A DNA stretch of 61,366 nt, the filler included, from Hausera hauseri (taxonomy: Eukaryota): assembly GCA_046269625.1 (NCBI GenBank). It is 11 parts of 11 records of this genome, joined end to end, with 100 filler letters (N's around TTAATTAATTAA, not from the genome) between each part and the next. Parts side by side here need not be neighbours in the genome. Positions count along the whole stretch, not along the records: positions 45,919 to 51,581 come from JBJURY010210855.1; positions 51,682 to 57,144 come from JBJURY010249292.1; positions 57,245 to 61,366 come from JBJURY010748098.1; 8 more parts are not named here. One strand, 5' to 3'. This document shows positions 48,901 to 60,105 of the stretch, in pieces (positions within the stretch are counted from its first letter, which is position 1; the number at the start of each line of letters is the position of its first letter). The notes beneath the pieces are model-generated. The model was not told the origin of the DNA and ran no database searches. It worked only from the letters and a program-made list of their open reading frames with translations. The translations under genes were made by a program, and so were the position numbers.

Positions 48901-49560
48901 AAATAACGAGGATAAATTTATCATCGACATAGCATGGATAAGGCATTATTTGGACACTAGAACTAGTTGTAACAGGCGTATTGTTGGATAGAATTTCAAT
49001 GAATGCATGGTCAGTTGCCTGCTACAGATATAGAAATCCACTCATGTAGTATTTCATATCAACGAGCGTGTTTATCCGAGGAATCGGACTGCAATAACGG
49101 TCGAGTACTTTCCCGTTAACTGTCAATACGCGATGTTGGTATGCGAATGGCGTATCTGAGCAATGTCGTATTTTCCACTGACGAGTCAAACAACCGAGCA
49201 GCGAAAGTACCATTGATCGGACTGTCGTTAAATTTATTAATGTCATCAGCGGACTGCAGTGGAATGAATTTATCCAGGACAGTTGAGTTTAACGTCGATT
49301 CAGTCCAATAAAAATGAAAGTGATTTGACGTAATTCAGTAATTTATCTAACGAGAATAAATGCCGCAGTAGAGGACAAATAGTCAATGTGTTATTTTGAT
49401 GAATATTGTCACATAATTTATGAATTATCTCTACAATAGCCTTGCACGGCTGTCTAATTGATCGATTTGACAATCGCCGCTGAATAACAGCAATTCGCAA
49501 TTTTTCCAAAATTGTCAATGGTTCAAATTGAATCGAAATCTGTAAATGTTCGAATTGTCA
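45919..49560 (-). pseudogene. ABCA-subfamily transporter (ABCA1/4/7-like), ECD1 end to TMD2 start; no introns evident; disrupted
   Basis: MPYPCYVDD, YEKEKRLK, GHNGAGKTT, LSGGMKRKLSIA, LDEPTAGVD, TTLEEVFL; stop in ITW*VEAVF, stop at 49022 and frameshifts near 48260-48370. Confidence 0.88.
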
Positions 49561-50639
49561 AATTAAAATGTTCAGTGGTAACAATCGATTTTGTCCTGTG
49601 GATTTCATTCCAATAAAGGCGCATAATTTGTTCTGTGAGCAAATTTTTGTCGCCCAAATCATTTCCAATAACAACACAACTCACTGATGATTTTTTAATA
49701 ACTGATATTCCAAATAATCCAAGTTTTTGTGGAATTTTAAATCCAATATTTGCACATTCTCAAGCTTAATTTGCTTCGTTAAATAGATCGTCATCCACAT
49801 GTGCAAACAATGTACATTAATTTTAGTTTCTATATTTGATTGAATATTAGTTTAAATGTTACGTAAAAAACAACTGCGAGGTGCCCCAAAGACAATAACC
49901 GAACTCACCAGTATGATTCTGTATCCGGAAGTCCAGCGAATCGATGCCTTTAGTACCATAGAATATGCTCTGAAATTCTTCTGACACCAATTGTTTTTTG
50001 TAAGAAGTACGAGTGCATAGGTCGCTGATCCTTCGAAGTAAATAAAGAAGTTTAAATTCTCAAAAATTTTAACCAAGTTTTGTTGGTGCATCGAAACGTA
50101 ATTTGTCAACTTCCTATGCACCAACAACATATTGCCATTTTGTTGAAATATGGAAACTTTGTAATTCATTATCACCAACGACGAGCTACTTTGTCCACCG
50201 TTTCCCAATGTACCATTGAAAAAACAAAACGAATTATTCAGTTTAATTTTTATTTTAATCATTCAAAAATTGAAATCACTTTGGCTCTTAGCGTGTGTTT
50301 AAAACAATCATATTAGGTAGCATAGAATCAAGAAATATATAGAGTTCGGCTTTTATCTAGGAACCTCCCACAGTTGTTTTGTATACTAATTTCCATGTTA
50401 TTAACTAGCATTATTAAAAATAAAAACATTACATGGATTATGTACACATAAGCATTATGGTGGACAAACTTTGTCATAAAAGATGCAAATCTTTAACATA
50501 AACTAGCGTCATAAAATACGTTACAACCTACACGACATGAAACAATTAACAACACTCTATCTCATAAAAAACTATGTACATAATAAATGTATATAAATAC
50601 ACTATGTAAATAATAAAATTACATTATATTAAAGTATTA

Positions 50640-51581
50640 GCTTGTGGTAGGCACTACAATACACCCCGTGGCTGAGTTGAAAACCGTAAAGAAAAGATTG
50701 AAAGAAAATCCCGAGAACAAACAGATAATTTGCTTAATAAGTTTTTGTGCGTACAAGACGTTGTACTCCTTCGTTGTTTAGTTGTATGCGATAGGTACTG
50801 AAAGTAACGGATTTGTGACGTACATTCGCCGTGTTGTCTGACCGCTGGTAGTGTTTGGCAAAAGTGACATTAGCTTTAGTATGATTGGGTGTTGTGTCTG
50901 GAGAAGGCAATACAAAAGGTGGAGAAGAAGTGGTTGTAGATAAGTTATTCCAGTTTTTGGATATGGTTTTGGAAGGTAATAAGTTGAGAGATGAAGTAGA
51001 AATAGACGAAGGTATAAAAATAGGGTGTGGAGCAGAAATAGTGATAGAAGTAGGAGTGTATGGAAATGCCGAGATGGGGGCAGGAATGGAATTGATGGGT
51101 GACAATGTAGGCAAGAAACTGGAGCAGTGGAATGATGTTTGGTAGACTGGGGAATCGAAGTCGGGGTAGAGGTGGTTGCAGGGGTGAGGAATGATGTTGA
51201 TGTTTCGATTGGTGATGTATCGTCAACGTGAAAGGCGGGTTTTAAATTAGTAATATGCACTACAACTTCTTTTCCGTCCTTGAGGATAACAGTGTTGTGT
51301 GAATGCAGTTGCACCAATTTATACGTTTCTAAATATTGTAGCTGGAAACTGCACGGTGTCTGGTTTTTTATCCATACAAACTTTGCCGAGTATAAGTCTT
51401 TGGGTATGTAAGATTTGTCATTATGTAAGAGCCTAAAAAACAAATCTTTCCTGATTGTAACGAAATGATTCTGTGCTGCTCATATCCTCTCGTCTGTAGG
51501 AGCGGTTAGTTCAAACAATGACCGTACAGGGGTTCCGAATAAAGCTTCCGTTGGTGAACATCCTGTGGAAGTGGACGGAGT
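50640..51581 (-). mobile_element. Gypsy integrase 3' end, P/S/T-rich tail, PPT and start of 3' LTR
   Basis: Homologous to 16884-17900 (STGCSP.EALFG, PKDLYSAKFVW, HITNLKP); minus strand GGGGTGTAT then TGTAGTG at about 50658. Confidence 0.82.
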
Positions 51582-52010
51582 NNNNNNNNNNNNNNNNNNN
51601 NNNNNNNNNNNNNNNNNNNNNNNNNTTAATTAATTAANNNNNNNNNNNNNNNNNNNNNNNNNNNNNNNNNNNNNNNNNNNNGACGTCCTTTCTTTTTGAA
51701 CGACAATTTGGGTGTGATGGTATTTTTGGACTGGGATTTCTTTTAGTCTTCTTTAGGGTTAGATCGATATGGCTGGGTAGGGAAGAATCATCATTTACTT
51801 TTATAGGTTCAGTTTTCATATCACTTGAATTGGAAGGCATTTGATTATAAGTACTATCTGATGATGATTTATTTAAAGAGTCTTTGTATCCATGGGCTCT
51901 GCAACTGATATATTTGGTGTTAGAGCCAGAGCTAAGAATTCTTCATTAGTTACGATTATATGTGTAGGAGTGAATATAGATTGTTCGGGTACTTTGATGA
52001 CTGCTTCTGA

Positions 52011-52480
52011 CTAATAATTCTTTGTTGATTGGTATATTTTGAGTATTACCATGGCTTTTTCTTTTGTTCTGTATGGATATTTTGAGCTGTTAAATTTCAT
52101 CAACATTTGCTTAGGAGTCATTCTGTTTTCTGGGTTAATTTCAGATTGATAGAGGAGATCTCTAATGCCTGCTATAGAATAGAGATTAAATAAGGCAATT
52201 GGGAGATATGTGTTAAAAACGTCGATTCCGATTATAATTTTTCCAGCGAGTCTGCCGGATAACAGGTCGTATCATATACTCATCCATTTGGCCGATTATA
52301 TCAGCTTCTCGTAGTCCAGTGATGGTACAATTATAATTATCCACTCGTTCTCGTGGGGAAACGCGTTGATCTAATAAGATTTTTCCATCTAGATCCATTA
52401 TAGTTATATCGATAATGGTTGTTTCTTTTGAACGGATTGGTTTGTTCAGCTAAGCAACGTTAGTAGACAATATGACCATG
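52011..52480 (-). pseudogene. REX4/ISG20-like DEDDh exonuclease fold with catalytic residues substituted (element B)
   Basis: MVILSTNVA..DITIMDLDGKILLDQRVSPRERVDNYNCTITGL..(frameshift)LAGKIIIGIDV..GIRDL..KEKAMVILKIYQ. Confidence 0.72.
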
Positions 52481-53299
52481 TTGTGTTTTTGTATTGTTGA
52501 GAATCTGGAGAAGGACAAACCTTTTTCCAATTCGTTTTTATTTGGCATGGATATCGGGTATATTCGTATCTCATATTCAGGATGAGGAATATTTTCTCAT
52601 CTGATTACCTCGATATGAATTATTGAATGTGGTCCGCCGTTTGTGCGAAGCAATAGAGTGACATTTGTATAAAACTGTTGGTCCAAATGAATAGTTTGAA
52701 ATTTTGGAAGTTCGAGTATATCTGTATATCCCTTGGTATAGGTTCGACACTTAAGTTGGAGGGTTTCATTGACTGTTGATATATAGACATCAGTGGTACG
52801 ATTTGAAAGGTCAATAAGATCAGATAGCTTTCTTGAGGCATTCGGTAGTTTTATAAGTAGGGCACTTCTTTGAGATATGGTATGTCCTTTCAGATTGTTG
52901 GGAATTAGTGATGCATTGGCATAATATCGATAGTCTTTCTGTATTGTCGTATTCAGATTTGTGACGATGTTGAAATAAAAAGATTTGGGTCGTTGGACAA
53001 CCTCGGAACCTTGTTGGACTGAAAATATGAACATCAATAAGAAAAATGTAATTTTTCTGTTTAAGATAATGGAAATAATATATTGGTTGGTCGCAGGGGA
53101 TTTTGCGGTTTTAGTTTTTAAGTAGGTTGTTAGAAATTTTACAACCTTGTTTTTTATGTACGTACATGAATATACGATTACATCATTTAGCGGACGGGTT
53201 TGCCGCTTAGGGTCGGTTGGCTTTTCAGCTGACCGATTTTGTATAGATGGGCACATTTGTTGATTATTATTGTCAGATATTTCGATCTGGCGTTCAGTA

Positions 53300-54545
53300 A
53301 AGGGCGCGTCTATGGGATCTATTTGGGAATCTTCCCTTAAAAGTTTTAACTGGTTCAATATTTCTCTTGTCCTGCGAGATCGCCGTCTTATCTTAGAATA
53401 ACAAATTATTAATGGCACTAGTATGGCCAATAATACCATAAATATACATAAAGCAACTATTATCCAGAAATACTTATCTGAGTTATTTTTATAATTTTGC
53501 GTTGTTATTATTCATACAATTTTCGTAGTTATCGCAGATATTTGTTTTAGTGTTTTTTCCAACCGGTATATTGTTTGTAAGATCTGTCCCTCTTCATTCA
53601 ATTCTGTTATAATGACTTTATAATTAGTATCAGCTTTAAAAAGTATACAGGCCGATATGGGTTCTTCTGGTGTAATGATTCCTTCACTAATCATTCTGTT
53701 ATAAAGAGAACATTCAAATTTCACATTGGTGTTTCGTAGGTTTGATACAGTAATGATAAGAGAATCTGATGTCGGCTGTATGGTTATATCTAAATCTTTT
53801 ACAATTTTAGATTGAATTTGAAATGGTGAACTGGTTATTATACTTTGTACTGGCCGTGAGGTAGATAATAATGGTTTTGTTGGAGTTGTTATCATTATTG
53901 ATTGAGATTTCTCTATTATTTCTGGTCCGTCTGACCACTTTGACCATGTGTAACCGTTAATAGTTGTTCGGTAAATTATTTGATACAATCTATCAAATGG
54001 AAAGGGACAACAAAAATATGGTTTTTGGTAATCTATTCTACAATTTTTTATAATATCGGTTTCATTTTTGATATAATATTCTACAGTATAATGTCTAGTT
54101 ATTGGGACTTCTGTTTCAGCTGTTGCACATGGTCCATTTCTCATGATTTTAGTATAAAATGAGACAAGAAAATATGGCTGATTGTAATAATAAATCATGT
54201 TAGGGTATGATAAATACGTTCTGTATGTCTGACCTCTTCTTCCCATAGCATATTGAATCCTATAGGATACTCCAAACATAAGTCCACAATAAGTGTGAGT
54301 TGAGTGGCCATAATACAGATCACAATATTCTGGTGTTGCTTTATACAGAGAAGGTACTTTGGATATAAATGTGTATATATTCACCGTACGTTAAATATCG
54401 ATTGGCCATAATTTTTACACATGGGTATCGTCCAACTTGGACAGCTTTATATTGTACAGTGGTATCTTCGGTAGGATCTTGAGCCGATATACAAGTTACT
54501 AAGTTTAACATTATAAACGTTACCATTAATAATAAGTTAGGGTTT
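53300..54545 (-). pseudogene. Type I membrane protein with FN3-like ectodomain and WSKWS motif in the env position (element B)
   Basis: Signal LLLMVTFIMLNLVTCISA-QD in the integrase frame; Cys modules; GYTWSKWSDGP; stalk; FKADTNYKV; TM FWIIVALCIFMVLLAILVPLIICY followed by KIRRRSRR; one frameshift and one stop. Confidence 0.78.
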
Positions 54546-54559
54546 CCGGTTCTTATCTT

Positions 54560-57144
54560 TGATTCTGTTGGTGCAAGCTTGCACCTGTTTACATGGACTT
54601 TTATGGGGTCAATTTTGTTTCGTTTACTTTTATTTAAGTAGATGTTAGTTTCATCTACTTTTTGAATCATATATGGGCCCTTATATGGCCTGTCCAATTA
54701 TGGAGTTTTTCCTTTCTTGCTCAAGGGCATATGTAACATAACCTTGTCTCCAGGCTTAAAATTAGGGGATTTAGCCTTTTCATCGTAACTTTCTTTGTAT
54801 TCTTTTTGGTACATTTTTATGTGTCGTGAAGCCAGATTCCATACATATCCCAGTTTTTCCTCTAACAGCTCCTGATATTCTATATCTTTTAAATGTGAAA
54901 CTGGTGTCTTAAAATCCAGGTCTATTGGCATATGTGCATCCCTCAGATACATTAAATAAAATGGAGTTTCTTTAGATGCAGAATGAATTGTATTTCTGAT
55001 GGCAAATAAGCAGGGCTTAATGTATTCGTCCCAATTATCCTGTCGTTCATTAACCATTGTTGCTAACTTGTTGATTAGAGTTCCATTAAATCGCTCTACT
55101 GTCCCGTTAGTTTGGGTATGGTATGGGGTGGTTTTCAACTGTAATATTCGGAATATTTTCGGTATTTCCGCCATTACTTTTCCTGTGAAATTTGGAGCTT
55201 GGTCCGTTAACAGTTTAGTAGGTGCTCCGTAGTTAAAAACAATTTCTTCTACAAAATAGTTTGAGCTTTTTGATCAGGTATTGAAATCACCACTGACCAT
55301 CTGGAAAATAAATCAACAAATACTAACATATATTTATTTCCATTCATTGTCATTGGCAATGGTCCTAAAATATCCATTGCTGAAAATTCCATAGGAGCGG
55401 GTGGGTATTCCAATGGTTTCAAAGGAACTTCAAATTTTGAGCCGGTATTTCTTCGTGTTTTACAAATTGGACAACTCTTGCTCCATTCTTCTACATCCTT
55501 TAACATGTTATGCCAATAATACTTTCTTCTTAATCTACCTAACGTTCGTTTTACTGATTGATCTCCTCCCATCATACCGTCATGGTACTGTGTCAGTAGT
55601 AATTTTGTCTTGTTGTGGGACAACTACAACCAATTTTTCTTTATAATTATAATATAATATATCATCTTTTATTTCGTAGTTTTCAGCGAACTTTATCAAA
55701 TGAGTATGAAGATTGGTATCTTTTGGTACTATTCATTTTTGAATATATTCTTTAATTTGTTTTATTTGTTCGTCATTTTGTTGTTTCTGCAATAGCGATT
55801 TTTCCTGTTCCGTAATACTCCTGATAGCTGCTATAACACCTGGTTTGTCTTCTATCTCTTCTTTCTGATCAGTATCTTCGGGTATCCTTGACATATAGTC
55901 AGCATTTGCATTAGCTTTACCAGTTTTATACTCGAACTTTAAGTCGTAGGGTTGTAATAACATGGTCCATTTTATTAAACGACTATTTGGAATTTTATGA
56001 TTCTTTAACCATTGTAATGGTCTATGGTCAGTATAAATAACAGTTGGTTTAGTTTCTGATAAGTACTGGCCATATTGTTCTAATGCATACACAATTGCGA
56101 GTAGTTCTGTTTTAATTGTCGAATAATTCCTCTCATGTTTTCTCAATTTTCTTCTTCCGAACGATATTGGATGCTCTTGTCCTTTATCGTGCTTTTGTGA
56201 TAAAACAACCCCAATGCCCACTTTACTCGCATCCGTAGCTAAGAAATAACGTTTGGACATATCTGGATAGGCTAGTATTGGTGGAGTCAATAAATTATCC
56301 TTTAATTGTTGATATGCCATTTGGCATTCTGTAGTCCAGACAAGCTTTGAATTTTCTTGTAACAGTGAGTGTAATGGAGAGGCTACCTGTTGGAAGTCCT
56401 TAACGAATTTTCGATAATAACCTGTAAGACCGAGAAATTTTCGGACTCCTCTGACTGTTTTAGAAACTGGGAAATTTTGAATTTTGTTTATTTTGCCTAT
56501 TTGAGGACTAATGCCTTCTCTACTCACCGTATGACCTAGAAAATCTACTTTGGTCCGTGCAAAGCAACACTTCTTAAGACTTATTTTTATTCCAAGTAAT
56601 GCACATCTTTCTGGTATATCCTTAAGGTGTTCTTTATGTTGCTTATAATCAACTGAAGCGATTATAACATCATCTACGTAGCACATTATATGGGGAGCAT
56701 CCATTGTAATTATATCAATGGCTGTTTGGCACGTAGCTGGAGAATTAAATTCGTAGCGTCTGCAGTTACGAAAGCGGTCTTCTGTTTATCTTCTTCCTGC
56801 ACTTCTATTTGCCAGAATTCTTTCTGTAAATCTAACGTAGTAAATAACATTTTATCTTTTAACTTGTCCAATAACTCATCGATTCTGGGTAAGGGATAAG
56901 TATTATCTATTGTTACTTTATTTAAAGTACAATAGTCCACACACATTCTGATCGATCCATCTTTTTTGTACCATTACAATGGGAGCTGCCCATGGCAAAT
57001 TACTTGGTCTAATTATATCATATTGTCTCATTTCAGCTATTATTTCTTTAGCTTTTTCTCTTTTATAATAATTGAGTCTATATGGCCTTTTTTAATAGGA
57101 GTCTCCATTCCAGGTTTTAATTTGATCTCATGTTTGATAACGGG
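54560..57144 (-). pseudogene. pol: Gypsy pol (RT-RNase H-integrase-GPY)
   Basis: ORFs 56710-56946, 55733-56704, 55249-55623, 54698-55174 and 54341-54697. Confidence 0.92.
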
Positions 57145-57244
57145 NNNNNNNNNNNNNNNNNNNNNNNNNNNNNNNNNNNNNNNNNNNNTTAATTAATTAA
57201 NNNNNNNNNNNNNNNNNNNNNNNNNNNNNNNNNNNNNNNNNNNN

Positions 57245-57741
57245 CCATGTTTACGGCTTTGGCTTCATTTGAAAGCCCGTTTTCTTGCGCGTATTTTAGC
57301 ACTATATTATTCGTCTATAGTTGTTTAGAATGGAGTTAATTCGCGATCACAAACGCTTATTATTGCATTTTAAATGGAAATTGGATATGAATGCGTTAGA
57401 AGGCACCGAAAAGAACAATGAAGCCTATTTAAAGAGAACAATTGGCCGATCTACAGCTAAGGAATGGTTTGCCAAGTTCAGAAACGGTGACGAGACATTT
57501 GAAGATCAGCTATGCACAGGTCGACCGATGACGTACGATGATGAAGATATGCAAGCCGAATTTGACATAGAACGTTCGCCAAGCACGCGCGATTTGACAG
57601 CAGAAATCTCGCAAATCGATGGCAGAAAGTTGTAGATAATGGTAATCTCTATTTTGAGGAATAATTGTTCTTGTTATAAATAATTTTTTCGCATAAAATT
57701 TGAGTTTCTTGCAAGGGTCGGAAACTTTTTAACAACCTAGT
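57245..57741 (+). mobile_element. Internally deleted mariner element (N-terminal HTH plus 3' TIR)
   Basis: WFAKFRNGDETFEDQLCTGRP; ends in a mariner-type terminus CGGAAACTTTTTAACAACCTAGT about 100 bp later, with no DDD domain. Confidence 0.75.
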
Positions 57742-57929
57742 CTAACTGTATTTTAAGTGGTGTCCGTTGTATATTTAAATTTTATGTACTAATAAAACTG
57801 CTTTAGGACAAAAATTTAAACAATTTAAAACACATCAAAATCAATAAACACGATAAAGCAAGACAATACACAAGACAATTGTGTATTTTAAAATCTCAAT
57901 ATTTCGTATCTACAATACGACGATTTCTT

Positions 57930-60105
57930 TCAAAACCGCCGTTTCAGTCTAAACTGCCGAATCGCCCGATCGGAAGATGGAGAATCCTGATTCTGCGGCA
58001 TCATCAATGCCGAATTAATATTCGCTGTTGGCGAAGATGTCACGTTGAAATCTTGTGAATTCCTGCCAACGTTTGATGTTGTTCCAATAATTTCAGCTGC
58101 ATATTTTGTCTCACTGTCATCAACTGGTTTTTGACTGCTGGCAGCTTCACTATCTGAACTACTGCTGATTATGACCGGTTCTTCTTCTTCATATTCTTCC
58201 TCTTCATCAACATCATAGTCACCATCATCATCATCATTATTATGAGATTCTTGATCATCATCAAGTGAAATGACAACATCCTGGACATTTTCCATTTCAA
58301 AATTTGGATTATCGTCCATGGCATGAGCAACCTCAGTGTGACTACAATCATCCGACAATTCTATCCCATGACCATATTGACTTTCAATGCTTATCTGTGG
58401 ATCTCCGGCACTAACTAGTTCATTCTGATTGCCAACAGGTTCTTCATCATGAGACTGTATTTGAGTTTCAGTAATTGGTTCTGGACAATACACCTCTTCA
58501 TCATAATCTTCCTCATCGTTACCAACGTCAAATTGTTCATATACTTGATCGTTCTTTTCATCAACTTCTTGGTCATTGACATTTCCATCAAAATCCAATT
58601 GGTTTATGCAATTTTCTTCGTGATTATCATTCATTTCTGTTTCCTTTGCAACGTCATTCATTTGCGAACTTTGTTCAAAAAATATATTTTCTTCGGCTAT
58701 GCTTTCTGGATTTTCATTTTCTCGTGGCCTTTCATTCAACTCTGGTTCCGAAGTCTCCACAATTTTATTCTTCACTTCTTCGCTTTCCAAATTTTCATTT
58801 TCCATTACAACAATGTCTTTAATTGGCATATTACTGAAAATATCTTTGTCACCAACATCCATTTGTAAATCTTCAATTGGTGTATTTGGTGGTGTCAAAT
58901 TTCCACCTGTCTCATCTGTAATATCTTCACCCATATGATCATCATAAGACAGGGTTTGATGCATGATAATTTGTTCTTCAGTCGATTCCTTTGTGTTTTG
59001 CTCTAATGATTCTGCAGATTGGCCATCTTTAATTTCCTGTAAAATTGGACCGGGGTTACTTAAACTGTAGCCATCTGTTATTTCAACACTAGCTTCTGGT
59101 GTCTCGATATCGAAATCTTTCATCGATTGGCCATTTTCAAATTCCTCAATTACATCATGGGATTGGTGATATTTCATTTCATATGCAACAGAGTTTGGAT
59201 TATCTTCCACCATGCCTACACTGGCTTCTGATGTAGCTATATTGAAATCTTCTGGCGATTTAATATCATCACATATTTCATATACTTCCTCGGATGGATA
59301 ATTTTCCAAATCATTATCCATGGTTTGGGAATCTTTAGATTCTTCTTCTTCCACTTCCGGTGACTTGTTATTTTCATTAGCAATGTTTAAATTATCCGAG
59401 TGTATAGCATTTTCAACTTCCTTAACAATTTGATCATCATCCAAAACGTCACTTTCAACTAAACACTCTTCTGATTGAGTGTCACGTTTTAATCTTTTAG
59501 TTTGGGGTTCATCAATACTAACTTGATCGGTAGTTCTCTTTTTGGCTTTGTCATCATTATTTTTCAAAGTCTGAAGTTCATCTTGAGTTCTTTGCAAGAA
59601 AATCTGAGTCAATTGCAATCGCTTTGACATTTCCACTTCATTATTTTTCAGGTTGTCACATGCTTGCTTTAATTCAACTATTTCTCTGGTCTTCTCCTCA
59701 ATTTCTTGCTCAATATTTCTGGAAATAGACAAAATGTCATCTTTTTCCTTCAGTGATGATGCGTGTTCTTCACCTAAAACCTTATATTTACTCTCAAGTT
59801 CGGCTAGTTCACGTTTTTTGTTTTCCGATTCACTTCGATATTTACGAGCTATTTCTTTTAATTGTAATAAAATATCGTCTTTTTCCTTCAATTTCGTTTT
59901 TTCGTCATTGATCTGCTTTAGCAATTCACTTGTCTCGATTTTCAATGACTCAAAAGAATGCTTCGATTGCTCCGAAGCTTCTTCTAATTGGTATACTTTT
60001 TTCCTTAACTTCTCTCGTTCATTGCAAACTAATCGATATTGCTCCGGATCCGTTTGTTCGACCCGTTCCATCAATTTGGAAAATCTACTAATCTCTTCCT
60101 TAATT
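57930..60105 (-). CDS. Nucleoprotein TPR/Megator-like C-terminal portion (coiled coil plus acidic disordered tail), 5'-truncated
   Basis: Open 714-aa frame; TDPEQYRLV.NE and QLKEIARKYR resemble TPR DTEEYRKLLSEK and QVKKIGRRYK; long D/E-rich tail. Confidence 0.6.

Larger units (their letters stand above)
51682..57144 (-). mobile_element. Ty3/Gypsy LTR retrotransposon with pol-fused accessory cargo, element B (both ends cut by contig)
   Basis: RT (RMCVDY, YPLPRID, YVDD), RNase H (TDASKVGIG, YTDHRPL), integrase (MDILGPLP, LTDQ, NGTVERFN, YKGPY), then 2.9 kb of cargo. Confidence 0.93.

Noticed and set aside
54698-54700. TAA at the end of the integrase core as a programmed pol/env readthrough site
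   Set aside because: It lies inside the conserved KTP(K)LDRPYKGPY motif (AAA to TAA) and has no readthrough context, so it is a nonsense mutation.
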